From: Macrostomum lignano
Taxonomy: Eukaryota
Direction of reading: 5' to 3'
Assembly (NCBI GenBank): GCA_002269645.1
Contig: NIVC01001744.1
Span: 46,148-110,147 of the forward strand
DNA: 64,000 nt
The notes below the pieces were generated by a model that was not told where the DNA came from, made no database searches, and worked only from the letters and a program-made list of their open reading frames with translations. A program made the position numbers and the translations under genes. Shown here piece after piece: positions 12,818 through 30,739 of the stretch; position 1 is the first letter of the stretch, and every line of letters begins with the position of its first letter.

Positions 12818-15635
12818 TTACGATGATGCAGACTGAATACAGGGCAGAATAGCCAGCTGCCGACGAGTGACAGCGCAATGAGCCGTAATGGCAGTGGCAG
12901 CAATGAGCACGACTTCCCCTTCACCCTCTGCATCAAATGGGTTCACATCGGCATGGAAGTCACGAATATGTCCAACAGTGCAGCCCTGATGTTCAGCGTC
13001 GTACTTCTGCGATGGGTCACAGTCAGCAAGTGCAACTGTCGGAAGGACCTTGAGCGTCAGAATAATTTCGTCGTTCTGTAGGCTGATGCATTCAACTCGA
13101 CCGTAGGCATTGCCACCGTTAACTGGGTGTTTGAATTGCAAGAATGCATTTGATGGCCGGATTCTACGATCCCTACGGAAGCATTGGACTTGCAAGCGCC
13201 CCATTGAAGTTGGAATGATAGCTTTAACCAGTTTGGCAGGGTTCGCACCGGAAAATTCAATTCCTGCCGCAGTCTTCCGTACCGGGCGCCGTTGCGCTTC
13301 ACGGATTTGCAGCCTCATCTCTGCAGGTAGTGTCTCTTTCAGCTGCAGCATGCCTAGTCGCCGACTGATTCTGTTTCGAATTTCTACGTCCATTTTTTGG
13401 CATCCATGAATCATCGATCGCAGCCTCTGGTGGCATGTTTCGTAAATTCCTGCGCTCAGATCCCCCAGTGGCCCGAAGTTGATCACAGCGGCAACTAGAT
13501 GGTGGAAAACTTGATGAGAGTTGTACGTGAGAAACGACTCGCCGAAGTGACGCTTGAACAGATCCTGTGCAACACTTAGGGAATGTTGCGCGCGTTCCAC
13601 TTCCATCTGTGGAGCTCCAGGCAGTGTGAGCCAATAACAGGCACTGGAGAGCATCACGACGGCGTCGTACAGAATGTCGTCAACATAGAGACGAAGAACC
13701 AGTGGTCCAAGAACTAACAGCCAGACTTGGTACTCGTGACCCCTGAAATGCTTAAGGTCACACAGCGAACGCGCCGGGGTGCGTTGGACCGCAGCACTCG
13801 GCAGCACGACGGCTTTGACAGCAACGTCTACCTCTGTGAGGATGTGGTGCAAATTTGGGCTGTCAAAGCGCTGCAACTTAGGGCGCTCTTTGTCTGTTGA
13901 TGGCAGGAACAGCACGCGCATGAGCCAGCGCTGCAGACCCAGATAAAGCGCGTGCAACGAACAGGGCGGGGTTTGTACAATAAAATCTAAGCCTCGTAAT
14001 TGGCTCAAGCAAGATAATCCCTTCCCTAAACTGCTGCAGCTTTAAAGCATCCGCACGCTGAGGGGCGTCCATCAGAAACTTCAATGGGTGCATATACATA
14101 CGTTGCTCAATTCCCTCGCGTACCACAATGAAGCCAACTTCTGCAATCGAATTCAGTGCATCAATTACCTTTGGCAGGAACAAATTGCAATTGGCCTTTT
14201 TGCCGTTGCCGTACCACAGCCCCACAAGTACTGAATTGGTAAGCTGCAAGTCACGTGGCATTTCATTTATGGTGAGATACACAGGTGTGATGCTGAAGGG
14301 ACTAGTTGAAAACAATGGGAACGCATCCATAGACAGAGAATACGTCAGGTCAGTCTTACGCTCCAGACGCTCTCTGCCAAATCGATCAATCAGTGAACGG
14401 TACATGGTACTGTTCGCCATCGAACTATGGGAGCCATCGGCAGTGCAGTCAATGGGGAACGTGATGCACTCATGAACATTAGATTGTAAAACAGCACGCA
14501 GTTGTTGCCGAATGTCAAAGACCATGAAGTCAATCTTTGTTGTCGCGTCACATGATTGACAGGCTAATCCTTCTTCCAGCTCATTGCTGCACTCACTGCA
14601 GTAAATGAACTTCTGGCTGATGCGAGGCCGAGGGAAGTGCCGCCAGAGGTCGTAGCTGCTCTTAAACGATGTTGTGCCCGGTGGAAGCAGACATTCGCTG
14701 GCTCGGAGCCAATCGCTGGTCTCAGCCCGAGACAGTCCCAACCTCGCTGAACACTCGGCCAAGATGATAGCGCACTGTAATTTAGTCGATCGGCACTCGG
14801 GATACAATGCAGCACCCATCCCAGCGGGCTCGGGATCATCTGCCGGATCATCAAGTGGCTCCTCGTTTGTCCGTTCTGGCTCTGACATTTCTTCGACAAA
14901 GCTGTCTGTGTCTGCAGTCGAAGACTCATCCGAGCCAAAAACTGCAACCATCACGTCCTCTGGCTCCAGCTCGCCATCCACATGAGACTCCTGCTGCGGT
15001 TGCTCCAACCCATCTAACTCATGATCACGCTCTGGCTCTAACCCATGCTCACGCTCTGGCTCTAACCCATGCTCACGCTCTGGCTCTAACCCATGCTCAC
15101 GCTCTGGCTCTAACACATGCTCACGCTCTGGCTCTAACCCATGCTCACGCTCTGGCTCTAACCCATGCTCACGCTCTGGCTCTAAACCATGCTCACGCTC
15201 TGGCTCTAACCCATGCTCACGCTCTGGCTCTAACCCATGCTCACGCTCTGGCTCTAACCCATGCTCACGCTCTGGCTCTAACCCATGCTCACGCTCTGGC
15301 TCTAACCCATGCTCACGCTCTGGCTCTAAACCATGCTCACGCTCTGGCTCTAACTCATGCTCACGCTCTGGCTCTAAACCATGAACACGCTCTGGCTCTA
15401 ACTCATGCTCATCCTCTAACACAGGCCACATAGGTGTTCCACAATTTTGCTTATCCTCCATCCTACGGAATTGTTTTCGGGAAGAACCTGCTGCTTCAGA
15501 GAATACATTGGAGTCAGGGGCCGCCGAATCACCTTGCTGAGCAGCACCAGAGGCAGCTTGACTAGCCAATCGACGACGGCGCTGAGTCCAGTAGCTGACT
15601 CTCTTGTCAGTTGGAACTGACCGTCCATGAAACAT
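12818..15635 (-). pseudogene. EnSpm/CACTA-type DDE transposase, interrupted by an apparent deletion plus frameshift near 14027
   Basis: The 13878-15635 ORF has YCSEC/CQSC zinc-like motifs, LSMDAFPLF, PVYLTINEMP, GLWYG and MDAPQRA...QQF. The 12818-14008 frame continues GKGLSCLSQL...DF...LHALYLG, YNSHQVFHHLV, FGPL...YETCHQRL. The family-typical NGxxGCxxC segment between QF and GxKG is absent. Confidence 0.85.
15018..15402. repeat. 24-bp coding minisatellite (LEPEREHG)x~16 in the transposase N-terminus
   Basis: Tandem CTCTAACCCATGCTCACGCTCTGG units, frame-preserving. Confidence 0.95.
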
Positions 15636-18600
15636 TATCTGGCGGTAGTATGTGACATTTCATACATTAATATAGTGAATAAATCAAACTTGTGTTTCAA
15701 TATAAAATTATAGCAAATGAATAGTATACATCTAAAGGAAATAATTGGTTGTACAATGTTTGCATCTGATGAATTTGTTTATTATATTAAATTATATATT
15801 TAGCAACAATTTTTTTGCAAAAAATAAAGAGGAAGCACAACTTGACAATGAACATATAATCAGACAGACAGAAACATGTTAAACTTCTAAACATGTTAAG
15901 CCATTACTTTTAGCATTTAAAATACATTAAGAAAAGTATTAAAAATTTCATAAAGCTAATTTGAATTCATCAATAAATACCAACACTTCGTTGTAAATAT
16001 CAACATATAGCAAAGAACAAGATTAGGCAAACTAGTATAGCTTTAATTAAAGTGTCCTAATGTGTCTAAAGTATTTGCAATACAATAAGCAATGCAATAC
16101 ATAATTATTGCATATCTAATAGCAACTTCTCAGCAACACTACATAATAGTAAATCCAAATATATAAATACTAATACTAATAATAATAGGCCCCAATTTAA
16201 TATTAGTAGTAAATTAGTACTAATAATACATATATATGTATATATACCACAATTATCATCGATATAGTTTTTCATTTCCATTTCATTTTCACTTTTTAGG
16301 TTCAAATTACTTTTTATCTTTTTGCAACACTGAATTATATTCGAGTATCTAAACATTTGGGGCCTACACTTTAAATCTACTCTGGTTTATATTTTCAAAA
16401 TTTAAAAGCATATCAAATACATTAGGTTGACACACATGACATAGAATAAACAGCTCCAATGATCTATCCCAGTAATGAAATTAAATTACTCTGTCTAGAG
16501 GTTATAAGGAACAATCAGCTTTGCAATTATACTTAAATGCAATGTTATATTTGCATCTTGAGACAAAGCTAACAGACTTAAGATGTATTTTATATGCATA
16601 GGGTCTTTAAGTCAGCTTTGCGAATAAGATAATGATGTGAACAATAAATAATGTATTATATATATATAAAAGTAGACAGTATAGACAAAAATGGTGCTTT
16701 TCAGTTTTCATGAATTGTCAAATTACGTATTTCACAACAAAATTATGTATGGAATTACACTTTTCAAGTAATCAAAGCTTAATTTAAGTTAGCTATAAAA
16801 TATTCATTGATCATTCGGATCGCAAATCGCGCGCGCGCGTTAATTATTACTTGCACGATTAAGTTTTTTTTAAAATTCACCGATCTCAGTAACTGGATGA
16901 TTATTTGATTTTACCTATTGGAAGGTAAAATGTAATAAACATCTTTATTTACTTATAACTGTTACAGAACAATAAATTACTTTCATAAAAGCATACCACT
17001 AAAACTTTGTTTTTTTACATACGAACAACCCATGGCCTAAGTTGGTGACAAATGCGCCAGGTTACTTGGCTCTTCGACCTGGCGCAGTAAGTCAGTTTTT
17101 TCCCAGCGGGGCGGAGGACTTTGTGGTTCTTGGAATCGGTTTTGAAAATTAGCTGACACCAGGGTCATTCTTAAAAAATTGTCAACACGTTAAAACAAAG
17201 AAAAGCTTTAGAAAACTTCAAAGTTATCGAGAATGTCAAGGAAAATCAGAAATAAAATTAATCTAATGTGTACGTAAGGAAGAAAGACTTGATGTTCACA
17301 TAAAACTTTATAAAAAGTTGCGAAAATAAGCTTCTGGCGGTAGTTTATCTTTATCGAGAAATTACTTTCCAGAGGATTGACTGTTATAGTTTTACACATT
17401 ATTTAGTCTTTTGAGAGTATATTTATTTGTTACCTCAACTTAGTCGGATGTTTTTTTGCAGATAACTACCTTATTTATGCGTTTCAGAGTACAAAAAGGG
17501 AAGATATTGTGTTGGCTACTGCATTTTTGGCAAAGAAATATTATCAATGAAATTTACAACTTTAGATTAGAAGCTTTTATGGACCACTTATGCATGTCCT
17601 ACTTTCTTCATCGGGAGAAATAATGTAAAGTTTTGGTTTTTAAGACAAGTTTAGCTTTAGATGTTCACATTTTTGATTGTATCTGGACAGAATCTGCAGA
17701 GATTTTTATGAAAATCAAAAAAATTCTTTTTACAGGACAATTTTCCCTCCCACAAAATTGTTGCAATCCGAAATTCACTCTGACGAAATAAGTGGATTAA
17801 AATACACGAAATTAATGAAAACCACTCCTAACAACCACAAAATCAAGCATTTTTTATATTTTATTGATTGCTTACTCGTATGAGTGACAAATTGAAAAAA
17901 ATGCACAAAATGTATATAAATGCTCTTGTTTTTGTCATCTGAAATTCAGCACAATGACCTGGAGCAAACTGCAGATCTGAAACCTAACACAATAATAAAT
18001 TACATATGAGGTAAGAAGCATTTTTAGTCATTTCTGTTAAAAGTCAATACTTTTGGAATTGTACATAATTGTACATAATTGTACATAATATGTGATTCAT
18101 CACTTGTGTAGCTATACATGTCAAGTATATTATAAATTTACAACATATTTTAATGTTGGTTATCATCTAGTTGTTTCTGTTTATTTTGTTTCAATAAAAA
18201 AAATTAAATTCTGATAGCTGAAGGTTGCAGAATTACTTATCACTGTCACTAAACTAATTATTTGTTCAAGGTATGCTAGTTACACTTATAAAAATTAAAA
18301 CAGAGCAACCAGATCTATCAATATTAAATTTTCTATACTGTATTTTAAGTCATGTCTGTTTTGAATATCAGAAAAAGTGCATAGTGGATATAGTTTACAA
18401 ATAATTTTCGAATTTTGAAGTTATAATAATTGAGATGCATCTACATGCCATTTTTCACTTTTTAGTCTAGCATACCATTTGAATATACATGTATGCGTGT
18501 CCTCTAAAAATCGTTTATATGAAGACTTAAATAGCAAAATATCCTATTATATTATTAGGATAATCTTACATTTAATAGAGTTAGAATTAGGCTGAAATTA

Positions 18601-20259
18601 GATGAATTCTCACTTTCTCAGTGCCAAGTGCCAAGTGGTGCCTCATTATGTCTGATTTATCACAAAAGGAGACAAATTATATATATACATACAAGTGAAA
18701 TAAGGAATGATAGAAAAGGAAAAATTGGTAGGATACTTGCTGTTCATATTAGCAGCACTTGAAATAATGCTTTGATAATGAAACATTCAAAATTTCAGAT
18801 CTCAAGTTCATGGCTTTAGTCTAAAATTCTAAATGTGGGATTAGTTTCTATTTACATGTAGCTAGGCTAAGCATAATAAATAATTAGCAAAAATCGGCAC
18901 CAGCTGTAATCTGTCTCCATATTAGAAAGCAATCTATCTCATTTTTATTATTAGGAAGCAAAATTCCTAGTAAAAGCTAGACAAAAATACAAATACAAGT
19001 ACAAATAACTATGCTGGAATCCAAGTAATCATGTCATTTTAAACTCCTTGCAGCCATGCCTTTCAAACCAACCAGGCGAGAAAAGAAGCGACAGTATGAT
19101 AGTAAAATAGTTCGATTACTAAAAGTTTTAAAAAGATGAAAAAATTTAAATTTTATGCATAATTTGTATGGTTATAAATAGAGATATACTAAAAAGTTAC
19201 TGATGCTGTTGATGCAAAATTATGCTATTTAAAAATATACATAATGTTTGATTAAAATATCAATCATGTGTGTCAAAGAGTGTTTGAGATCTACATATCA
19301 ATAACTATTCCATTTAGTTTCATAAGCATTTTTTGCTATCTTTTTTCTTATGTTGTCATTTTCATGAAATTATTGTGTGTAAAAATATTTTGTATTTCTG
19401 TTTGTACTACTTTTCATTTCATGTTACTGTTATTGTTTGCTGTTTTTTCCAGATACCATTCGTCACTTTAAGATGTTGGTTTAATGGTTTTTAATGCATT
19501 TATAAATTATAAAAAACAGTGCAAATTTACATTTTTTGGTTGTAAAACATACATACACGACTGTAAACCAGGCCCATTTTCTTTGCCTTTTGTAATATGA
19601 ATAACAAAGACTACATGAGGCTTCTGTTCATTTAAAAGATGTAATTTCTTACTAACAATGAATAAGTAATTAATATTAAGGTCCATTTTTTACATTTATT
19701 GAATTAGCATTAGCAAAGTTGAATGCAGTAATGGTTTGATTACTATTATTCAAGGTGGAAGAAAAGTACTGCACAAATTACTACACTTAGTTAGTGTTAC
19801 AACGCAGTTTGAAAAGTCTCCTTACAGCTAAAGATAGCTTTTAGAAACAAGTGAAATGATATATGCGTTACACACGTGGTTGCCACACCAAAAAATAGAG
19901 CTGGTCGATCTAAATTAAAAAGCCGTATAGTGTAATCAATTTTAACAGTATAACAAACATTAATACAAATAACACAATTTCACAGTTAGATTTGTACTGA
20001 AGTTATTTTTAACTACATTGCAACATACTTTTTTAAATTTAATATTACTTCTAATTGATTCTAGCTCTATTTTTTAGATAAGTGCGGTGTTTTTTTACAT
20101 AAATAAACAAATGCCGATTCACTTGCAAAACAAGAATTTCTTGTGCTTTTAATATGATATTCCTAACACTTGTAAGCACTTTAACCATTTTTTTAAATAA
20201 ACTCTTTACTCATTTAAAAAATTGCCCACAAAAAAGGAAAAAGTTTTGAGAATGACCCA

Positions 20260-20792
20260 CCAGTATAAGGTGGGGGCGGTCTCCACGTTTGAATTACCGC
20301 CGACGTTTAGTTCGCACGAATAAAGCCGGAAATTCGCGCAGACAAATCACAACGAAATCTTCCTCCTTTACTCCGACTGCCGGGTCCTCAAGTCCGGGGG
20401 GAGGGTAGTCGTAATCGTAGCGGAGCGGTCGAGTAGCGGCGCGGTCGTTCAAAGCTATGAAACACCGTAGATTCAGACACCGTAAATCAATGTGTCGATT
20501 TGCTGAGTTTGTTACTTTCAGTAGGGTAGAGCTGCCACCACCGTAATTTACGTATTACGGAACGAATAAGTCTCAGAGCTTTCTTTGAGCTGAGAAAACT
20601 TTGGTTATTTTACGCCCCACGGGCAAAAGATTTAGGATGGCTTAATGTCAACGACTAAATGTGGTTAATAAATGTAATTAAATGTTGTCGGTCTTTATTG
20701 ATTGAAAGTTGAACAGGATAAATGTTAATATAAAGTTATTATTACTATTCTACGGCGAGAGCGGATTCGGCGGGCCGCGGTGCTACGGCTAG
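20260..20792 (+). mobile_element. Possible non-autonomous Helitron-like fragment (3' end only)
   Basis: A GC-rich island in AT-rich DNA ends ...GCGGATTCGGCGGGCCGCGGTGCTACGGCTAG|T, i.e. a GC hairpin followed by CTAG then T. The 5' end was not identified. Confidence 0.3.
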
Positions 20793-23206
20793 TTAAAAGT
20801 AATTAAGCAAAAGTAGACAAAATTAGCTAGAGCAAAAGAAGTACAAAAGATACCAAAGGAGAGGATAGGAGCGAGGGAAACAAAACGAAAACAAAACAAA
20901 AAAAAACAACACAAGTTTAAGCATTGATTTATATAGGAAATTTTACAGTGACATTAGCTGGACCAGGAAAATGAAAATTAGACAACGCGTCTGGTCCAAC
21001 AGCTCTAAAACAGAAAAAAACATAAAATTAGTAGAGACACGCAGTTGAGCAAGCAAAAGGAAAGCATTCATACGAAAAGTGAGTACTAAAGATCCCATAA
21101 CGGGATGGGGTGCGTGATAAATTTGTCCCGACGCTGGAGAGCAAAAATTCCGGGTTGGGACAGCGATCACTCACGTACGAGTAATAATTCTTAAAAATAA
21201 TAAGTTGACGGTTAATATAAATTTATTAGAAAAAGCAAAATCCACAGGGGCAGCCACCTGCCACACATACATAGACTGCCTACTATGGGGCTAGGATACC
21301 CTGGCCAACATTGCCAATGGAATAGACTTTGATTGCTCCTAGGCTTTTCCAGTCTGTGACACACTATTTGACATGCCCTGATGCTAACTGTGATTGTATG
21401 GGTTTCAGTCCATTTCGACGAAAGCCCACTTCGGCGAAGGCCACTTCGGCGAAAGACCATTTTGGAGAATCCACTTCGGCGAATGCAATTGACCACTTCG
21501 GCGAACGATATAATATAATTTAATAATATACTTATAATAATTATATTATAATAATATTATAATAATTATAATATATAATTACAATAATATAATTATTGCG
21601 CTGCGCGGCGCGAGCGGGTGTTGGTATTTAGCGGCCTGGCCCGGCCCGGCCCGGCCCGGCCCGGCCCAGGGCCTCGGCGTTGTTACTTTAGTTTTAAACT
21701 TAATTTAAAAAAGAGCTAAAATGGATTTACATTGGCTAAATAGGGGCCGGCCGGGCCGCGCCGGGCCGTGGGGCCGCGCGTGCACCCCTTATTTCCAATT
21801 TTTTAAAGCATACATGCAAACAAAACAAAGTTTAGTGTTGTTAGAAGTGTTTTTGAAGTTGTTTTTTGCGCCTGTGCGCCTGTGCATTTGTTGACTGCAC
21901 CCAATTTTTTATCCATGTGCGTGGTTCTCCCAGCCAGCGTACAGTGTACAAATGGAAACCGTCAGTACATTTAGTTGAGCAGCTGCGTGTACATGTGCAT
22001 TAGGGGGGGGGCAGCACAAGTCAATGATCGAAAAAAAGGAAATGTGTCTTCTTATCATGTCACAAAGCTGTGTCATTTTATTACAAGGCTGTGTCATTTG
22101 ATCACAAAGTTTTTTATCACAAAGCCCAATATATCGAATTAAAAAATGCATGTTTAGAACATGCACGGTTTTAATAAGTAGCGCCGTAGAAAAGCACAGT
22201 AAAAGCAGCGCGCAGTTTCATATAATATTTTTATAATATAATAATCATGTACGTAATATTTCATTCGTTTCACACTTCTACTCATGATAGATAACTGGAG
22301 CGACATGAGTTGATGTGGTGCATATAATGTACACCTTGTCGCTGGATCGTCTGTAGCCAGATCGTCTTGACGCCGGTTTGAACGGTTACTTAAAAAAATC
22401 GTAACATTGAACAAACCAATTAGAGTATATTTGGTATTAAAAAAGTATTGCACCCGGCTTCACGCAAGACGATTAACCCAGATCAATAACAACTCGAATT
22501 CAAAGATTTTTTGGCACCTCATGAACCGACCAACTATAAAAATGCCTGTTTGTCCATTTCGGCCAAAGCATGTTGACAACTTTCGTCGAAAATCTAAATC
22601 ATTACGGCGAAATTTTCTTTCGTTTGAAAAACAAAACTTATAATTTAGCAGTAGAAAATGAGTCTGTGGACTAGGCGAATTATGCTAAGTCAGGCGAAAT
22701 GTACTGTACGCGATGCTAGTAGAACATCATGTTGCAATTATACACGTATGTGTAGTAAGACATAGGTAACTTTGTGTTTTTCACAAGTTGTAAGCAAATT
22801 AAATACGGCCGACTTCTAAATGAATGTATAATACATGTACAGAAAAGAGGATGTGGCAATTGATTCAACGTCACGTCGTCTAGCTAAAATCACCATAACA
22901 ACTGAATGGTTCAAGTACAGTTCCATCCACGACATCAAATAACATTTATGATGAGAAGTTAGATCGACGGACCGAGCAACACTCCAGCAAGAAAGAGAAG
23001 CGAGCCTAAAGAATCTAAAGATGCATGGCCTTGGAGGTGCGAAGGAAACTATAGAGACGGACTATTAATGGGTGCAGGTGGGAACATAGAAAATGCGTGC
23101 ACAGTCAATACGACTGGACTTGCTAGCGATACAATGCAAAATATAAAACTTCCGGCCGGATTTTCCAATGAAAAAACCGGATAGTATAAAGCTATCGATG
23201 TTTTAT

Positions 23207-23551
23207 GTTTTTTTTATTAGAGGCAGGGGGGTTGTGTGCACCCTGGCGCACTTTAAGCGACATAAACACACAACCGGCGACTGCCCATTCCGTCGACTCC
23301 CCTGAGCAGGCATACAAGCGCGCGGATACGTACGCAGGCACACACTCACACAGGAGTGTACAGCGGCCCTAACTTTATTTTATCGTTAGGCATGTACACT
23401 TCACTGCGCCTTTGGGGTTGGCCCTCAAGGCCGTTAATTGCACGAGCAGAGCCAAGCCGAGATTCCAATTCAGCCCCAAATTAATGTGAACCTGCACTTG
23501 GAATCAAGCCTGGGCCGCTGGCACACCAGAGCAGCTGCGCTACCGCTGGGC
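23207..23551 (-). mobile_element. Full-length tRNA-derived SINE, copy A (345 bp)
   Basis: The minus strand begins GGGGGCCGTAGCCCAGCGG (A box), then GGCTTGATTCC (B-box-like), a body with a hairpin, and an A-rich tail after CTGCCTCTAAT. 8-bp TSD TGTTTTAT at 23199-23206 and 23552-23559. Homologous to 48634-48915. Confidence 0.85.
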
Positions 23552-24009
23552 TACGGCCCCCTGTTTTATATGTTATTCCCACTTGCTATAATACATGCAT
23601 GTCCTTCCAGAAAATTTCACCGACTGAAGTTATACTCAATTCGTTTTTTTCTCTTTCGTCGAAATAACTTTCGCCAACACCGCGTATTCGCCGAAATGAT
23701 GGAGTAGACATTAAATATGCACTAATTAGAAACTTTTTAAGGCTTGGCACAATTATGTTCCTAATCGACAAGCCTCGTGTGGATTCGCTCTTTAAAGTCA
23801 AATGGAAACGCTGGACTTGTCAGGTGGCTCGTGGCTTGTAATACTTTTCCCAAGCCTACGGATTTGCACAACAGCAGAAAATTTGTTGAACACATGACGA
23901 AATAAAGAGCATAAAGATTAAATTCATTTAATGAATACTTGTACGTAATTAATTAGTTTTGCAATTCACAATTATAAATAATTTTATCAGCACAGACTGA
24001 TATAATAAA

Positions 24010-28573
<4,564 letters not shown>

Positions 28574-29189
28574 GACGTTATAACTTGGATTAGCACCAGC
28601 AGCTCTGCCGGAGTTGTCTATACCTGTCTCGAGTCTATTTAAGCTGCAAAATTACCAAAAGTAGCTCTCTACGGGGGACATAGGGACACCTTTTATTTCT
28701 TAGTCTCATTTTGAGTCTGGTAGCTCATCTCTCTACCCACATTCTGCATCTTTTTCTGGGGGCGTGGGGGTGCTGCTGCTCTCAGGTGTCTGTGCGGCCT
28801 CATCTATATTCTACAGTGCTGCTGGAAGTGTATGAGAAACGAAGGGCACACGGTGTATCAAAGATGGGGCTAGCGTCAGTGCCCACAGTTGAAGACAATT
28901 GGAGATTGGCTCCACCCACTGCTCCATCCCAGTGGGGCAGAGGTGGTTGTTTCGGCCACTATGCAATGTTTGCAGTAAGCTAGATAGAAGTAAAATGAAA
29001 TGTGGCTGAATGTGACAAAAAAACCACCCCCACAGTGCCACAGGACGAGTGAGCAGTTAATTGAATCTCTGTCGGTGGCCTGTTGTTGCAGCCTACTAGA
29101 GCAAACAGTTGAGCATTTGAGCTAATAAAAAAGTAATAAGATAGTAGGCCAGATATCCCAGCGATGAAAGAGCGATGAAAAAGGATGCA

Positions 29190-29825
29190 AATGAAATGAA
29201 AAGAGGAGAGCGAGAGAGGAGAGAGGAGAGCGAGAGAGGAGAGTGAGAGAGGAGAGAGGAGAGCGAGAGGAGAGCGAGAGAGGAGAGAGGAGAGCGAGAG
29301 AGGAGAGAGGAGAGCGAGAGAGGAGAGAGGAGAGTGAGAGAGGAGAGCGAGAGAGGAGAGAGGAGAGCGAGAGAGGAGAGAGGAGAGCGAGAGAGGAGAG
29401 CGAGAGAGGAGAGAGGAGAGCGAGAGAGGAGAGAGGAGAGTGAGAGAGGAGAGCGAGAGAGGAGAGAGGAGAGCGAGAGAGGAGAGAGGAGAGCGAGAGA
29501 GGAGAGAGGAGAGCGAGAGAGGAGAGAGGAGAGCGAGAGAGGAGAGAGGAGAGCGAGAGAGGAGAGAGGAGAGCGAGAGAGGAGAGAGGAGAGTGAGAGA
29601 GGAGAGAGGAGAGTGAGAGAGGAGAGCGAGAGAGGAGAGAGGAGAGCGAGAGAGGAGAGAGGAGAGCGAGAGAGGAGAGCGAGAGAGGAGAGAGGAGAGC
29701 GAGAGAGGAGAGAGGAGAGTGAGAGAGGAGAGCGAGAGAGGAGAGAGGAGAGCGAGAGAGGAGAGAGGAGAGCGAGAGAGGAGAGAGGAGAGCGAGAGAG
29801 GAGAGAGGAGAGCGAGAGAGGAGAG
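29190..29825. repeat. Polypurine (GAGAG/GAGAGC) compound repeat
   Basis: Directly visible. Confidence 0.95.
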
Positions 29826-30739
29826 TAAGAGTTCAGTCCAATTTATATGTTCAGATGGAATGCGGGACAATAGAAGAGATTCTGACTGAATTTTTTCTCG
29901 GACTTTACCGTAAGAAGAGCATCAGCAATGACCAACAGTAATGCTATAATTGATATCGCTTTGATAGGACAGGACAGAATAACTGTAGGTTTAGTGTATA
30001 TTTGCAGCTTAGCATTATGAAACAGAGCTTATTTGTCAGCCGAAGCGGGAACAGAATGGGCAGTTGATTATTTTATTTGTACACAGCGTAGGGAGACAAA
30101 AGCAGAAGAGAAAAAGGGTTTGAATTGGGTCAGACACTGAGTGGGTATATAAATAATATTTGAAACAAATTTGTTGAAATGTGTCTGCAATCGCAGCTAA
30201 GGAGAGGGGATCTTTCAGAAAACCTTGAGGCAAACGCAGACAACACAGTATTGATTGCACAGGCATTGCGTACCAGGGCAGCGTTTGTAACAGGAAAAAT
30301 AACAGATATTGTCATTTTTTCAAACAATGACTACGCGAGTCGAACGACAAACAAAAAATCTTATAAGTTGATCTGTAACTCTGCTGAACAAGCCTGCTGA
30401 CGACAGCAAACTTATTAACAATATTTCATTGCACATTGCAACAGGCTCGCATCGCGAGAGACACATGAAAAAAGTTGTTTGATAATCAACGATAAGGGGA
30501 CACAAAGCAGCAAACGGAAAATTTAGCGATAAAACATTTGGGTGAAATGTTCGTCAGAAAACAAAAACTTTTGAATTTATCAATTCACGGAATGGCAATT
30601 CTCTGTTTTAAATTTCACTGTTTAAAACCAATTCAAAAATTTAATTAACCCTATGACCCTACTGATTGCGATTGGACAGTAGACAGGTGTGTGCGTTGCA
30701 TCTTACAGAATTTCTACGCGAAATTTCTTGTCGGAGACC

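Larger units (their letters stand above)
9418..17110 (-). mobile_element. CMC/EnSpm (CACTA-superfamily) DNA transposon, 7693 bp
   Basis: TIR CCCGCTGGGAAAAA / TTTTTCCCAGCGGG with 2-bp TSD GC (9416-9417, 17111-17112). Subterminal TGCGCCAGGT motifs at 9466, 17053 and (inverted) 17077; TTGGCACCAACTT (9516) is inverted to AAGTTGGTGACAA (17039). Encloses an EnSpm-type transposase. Confidence 0.85.
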
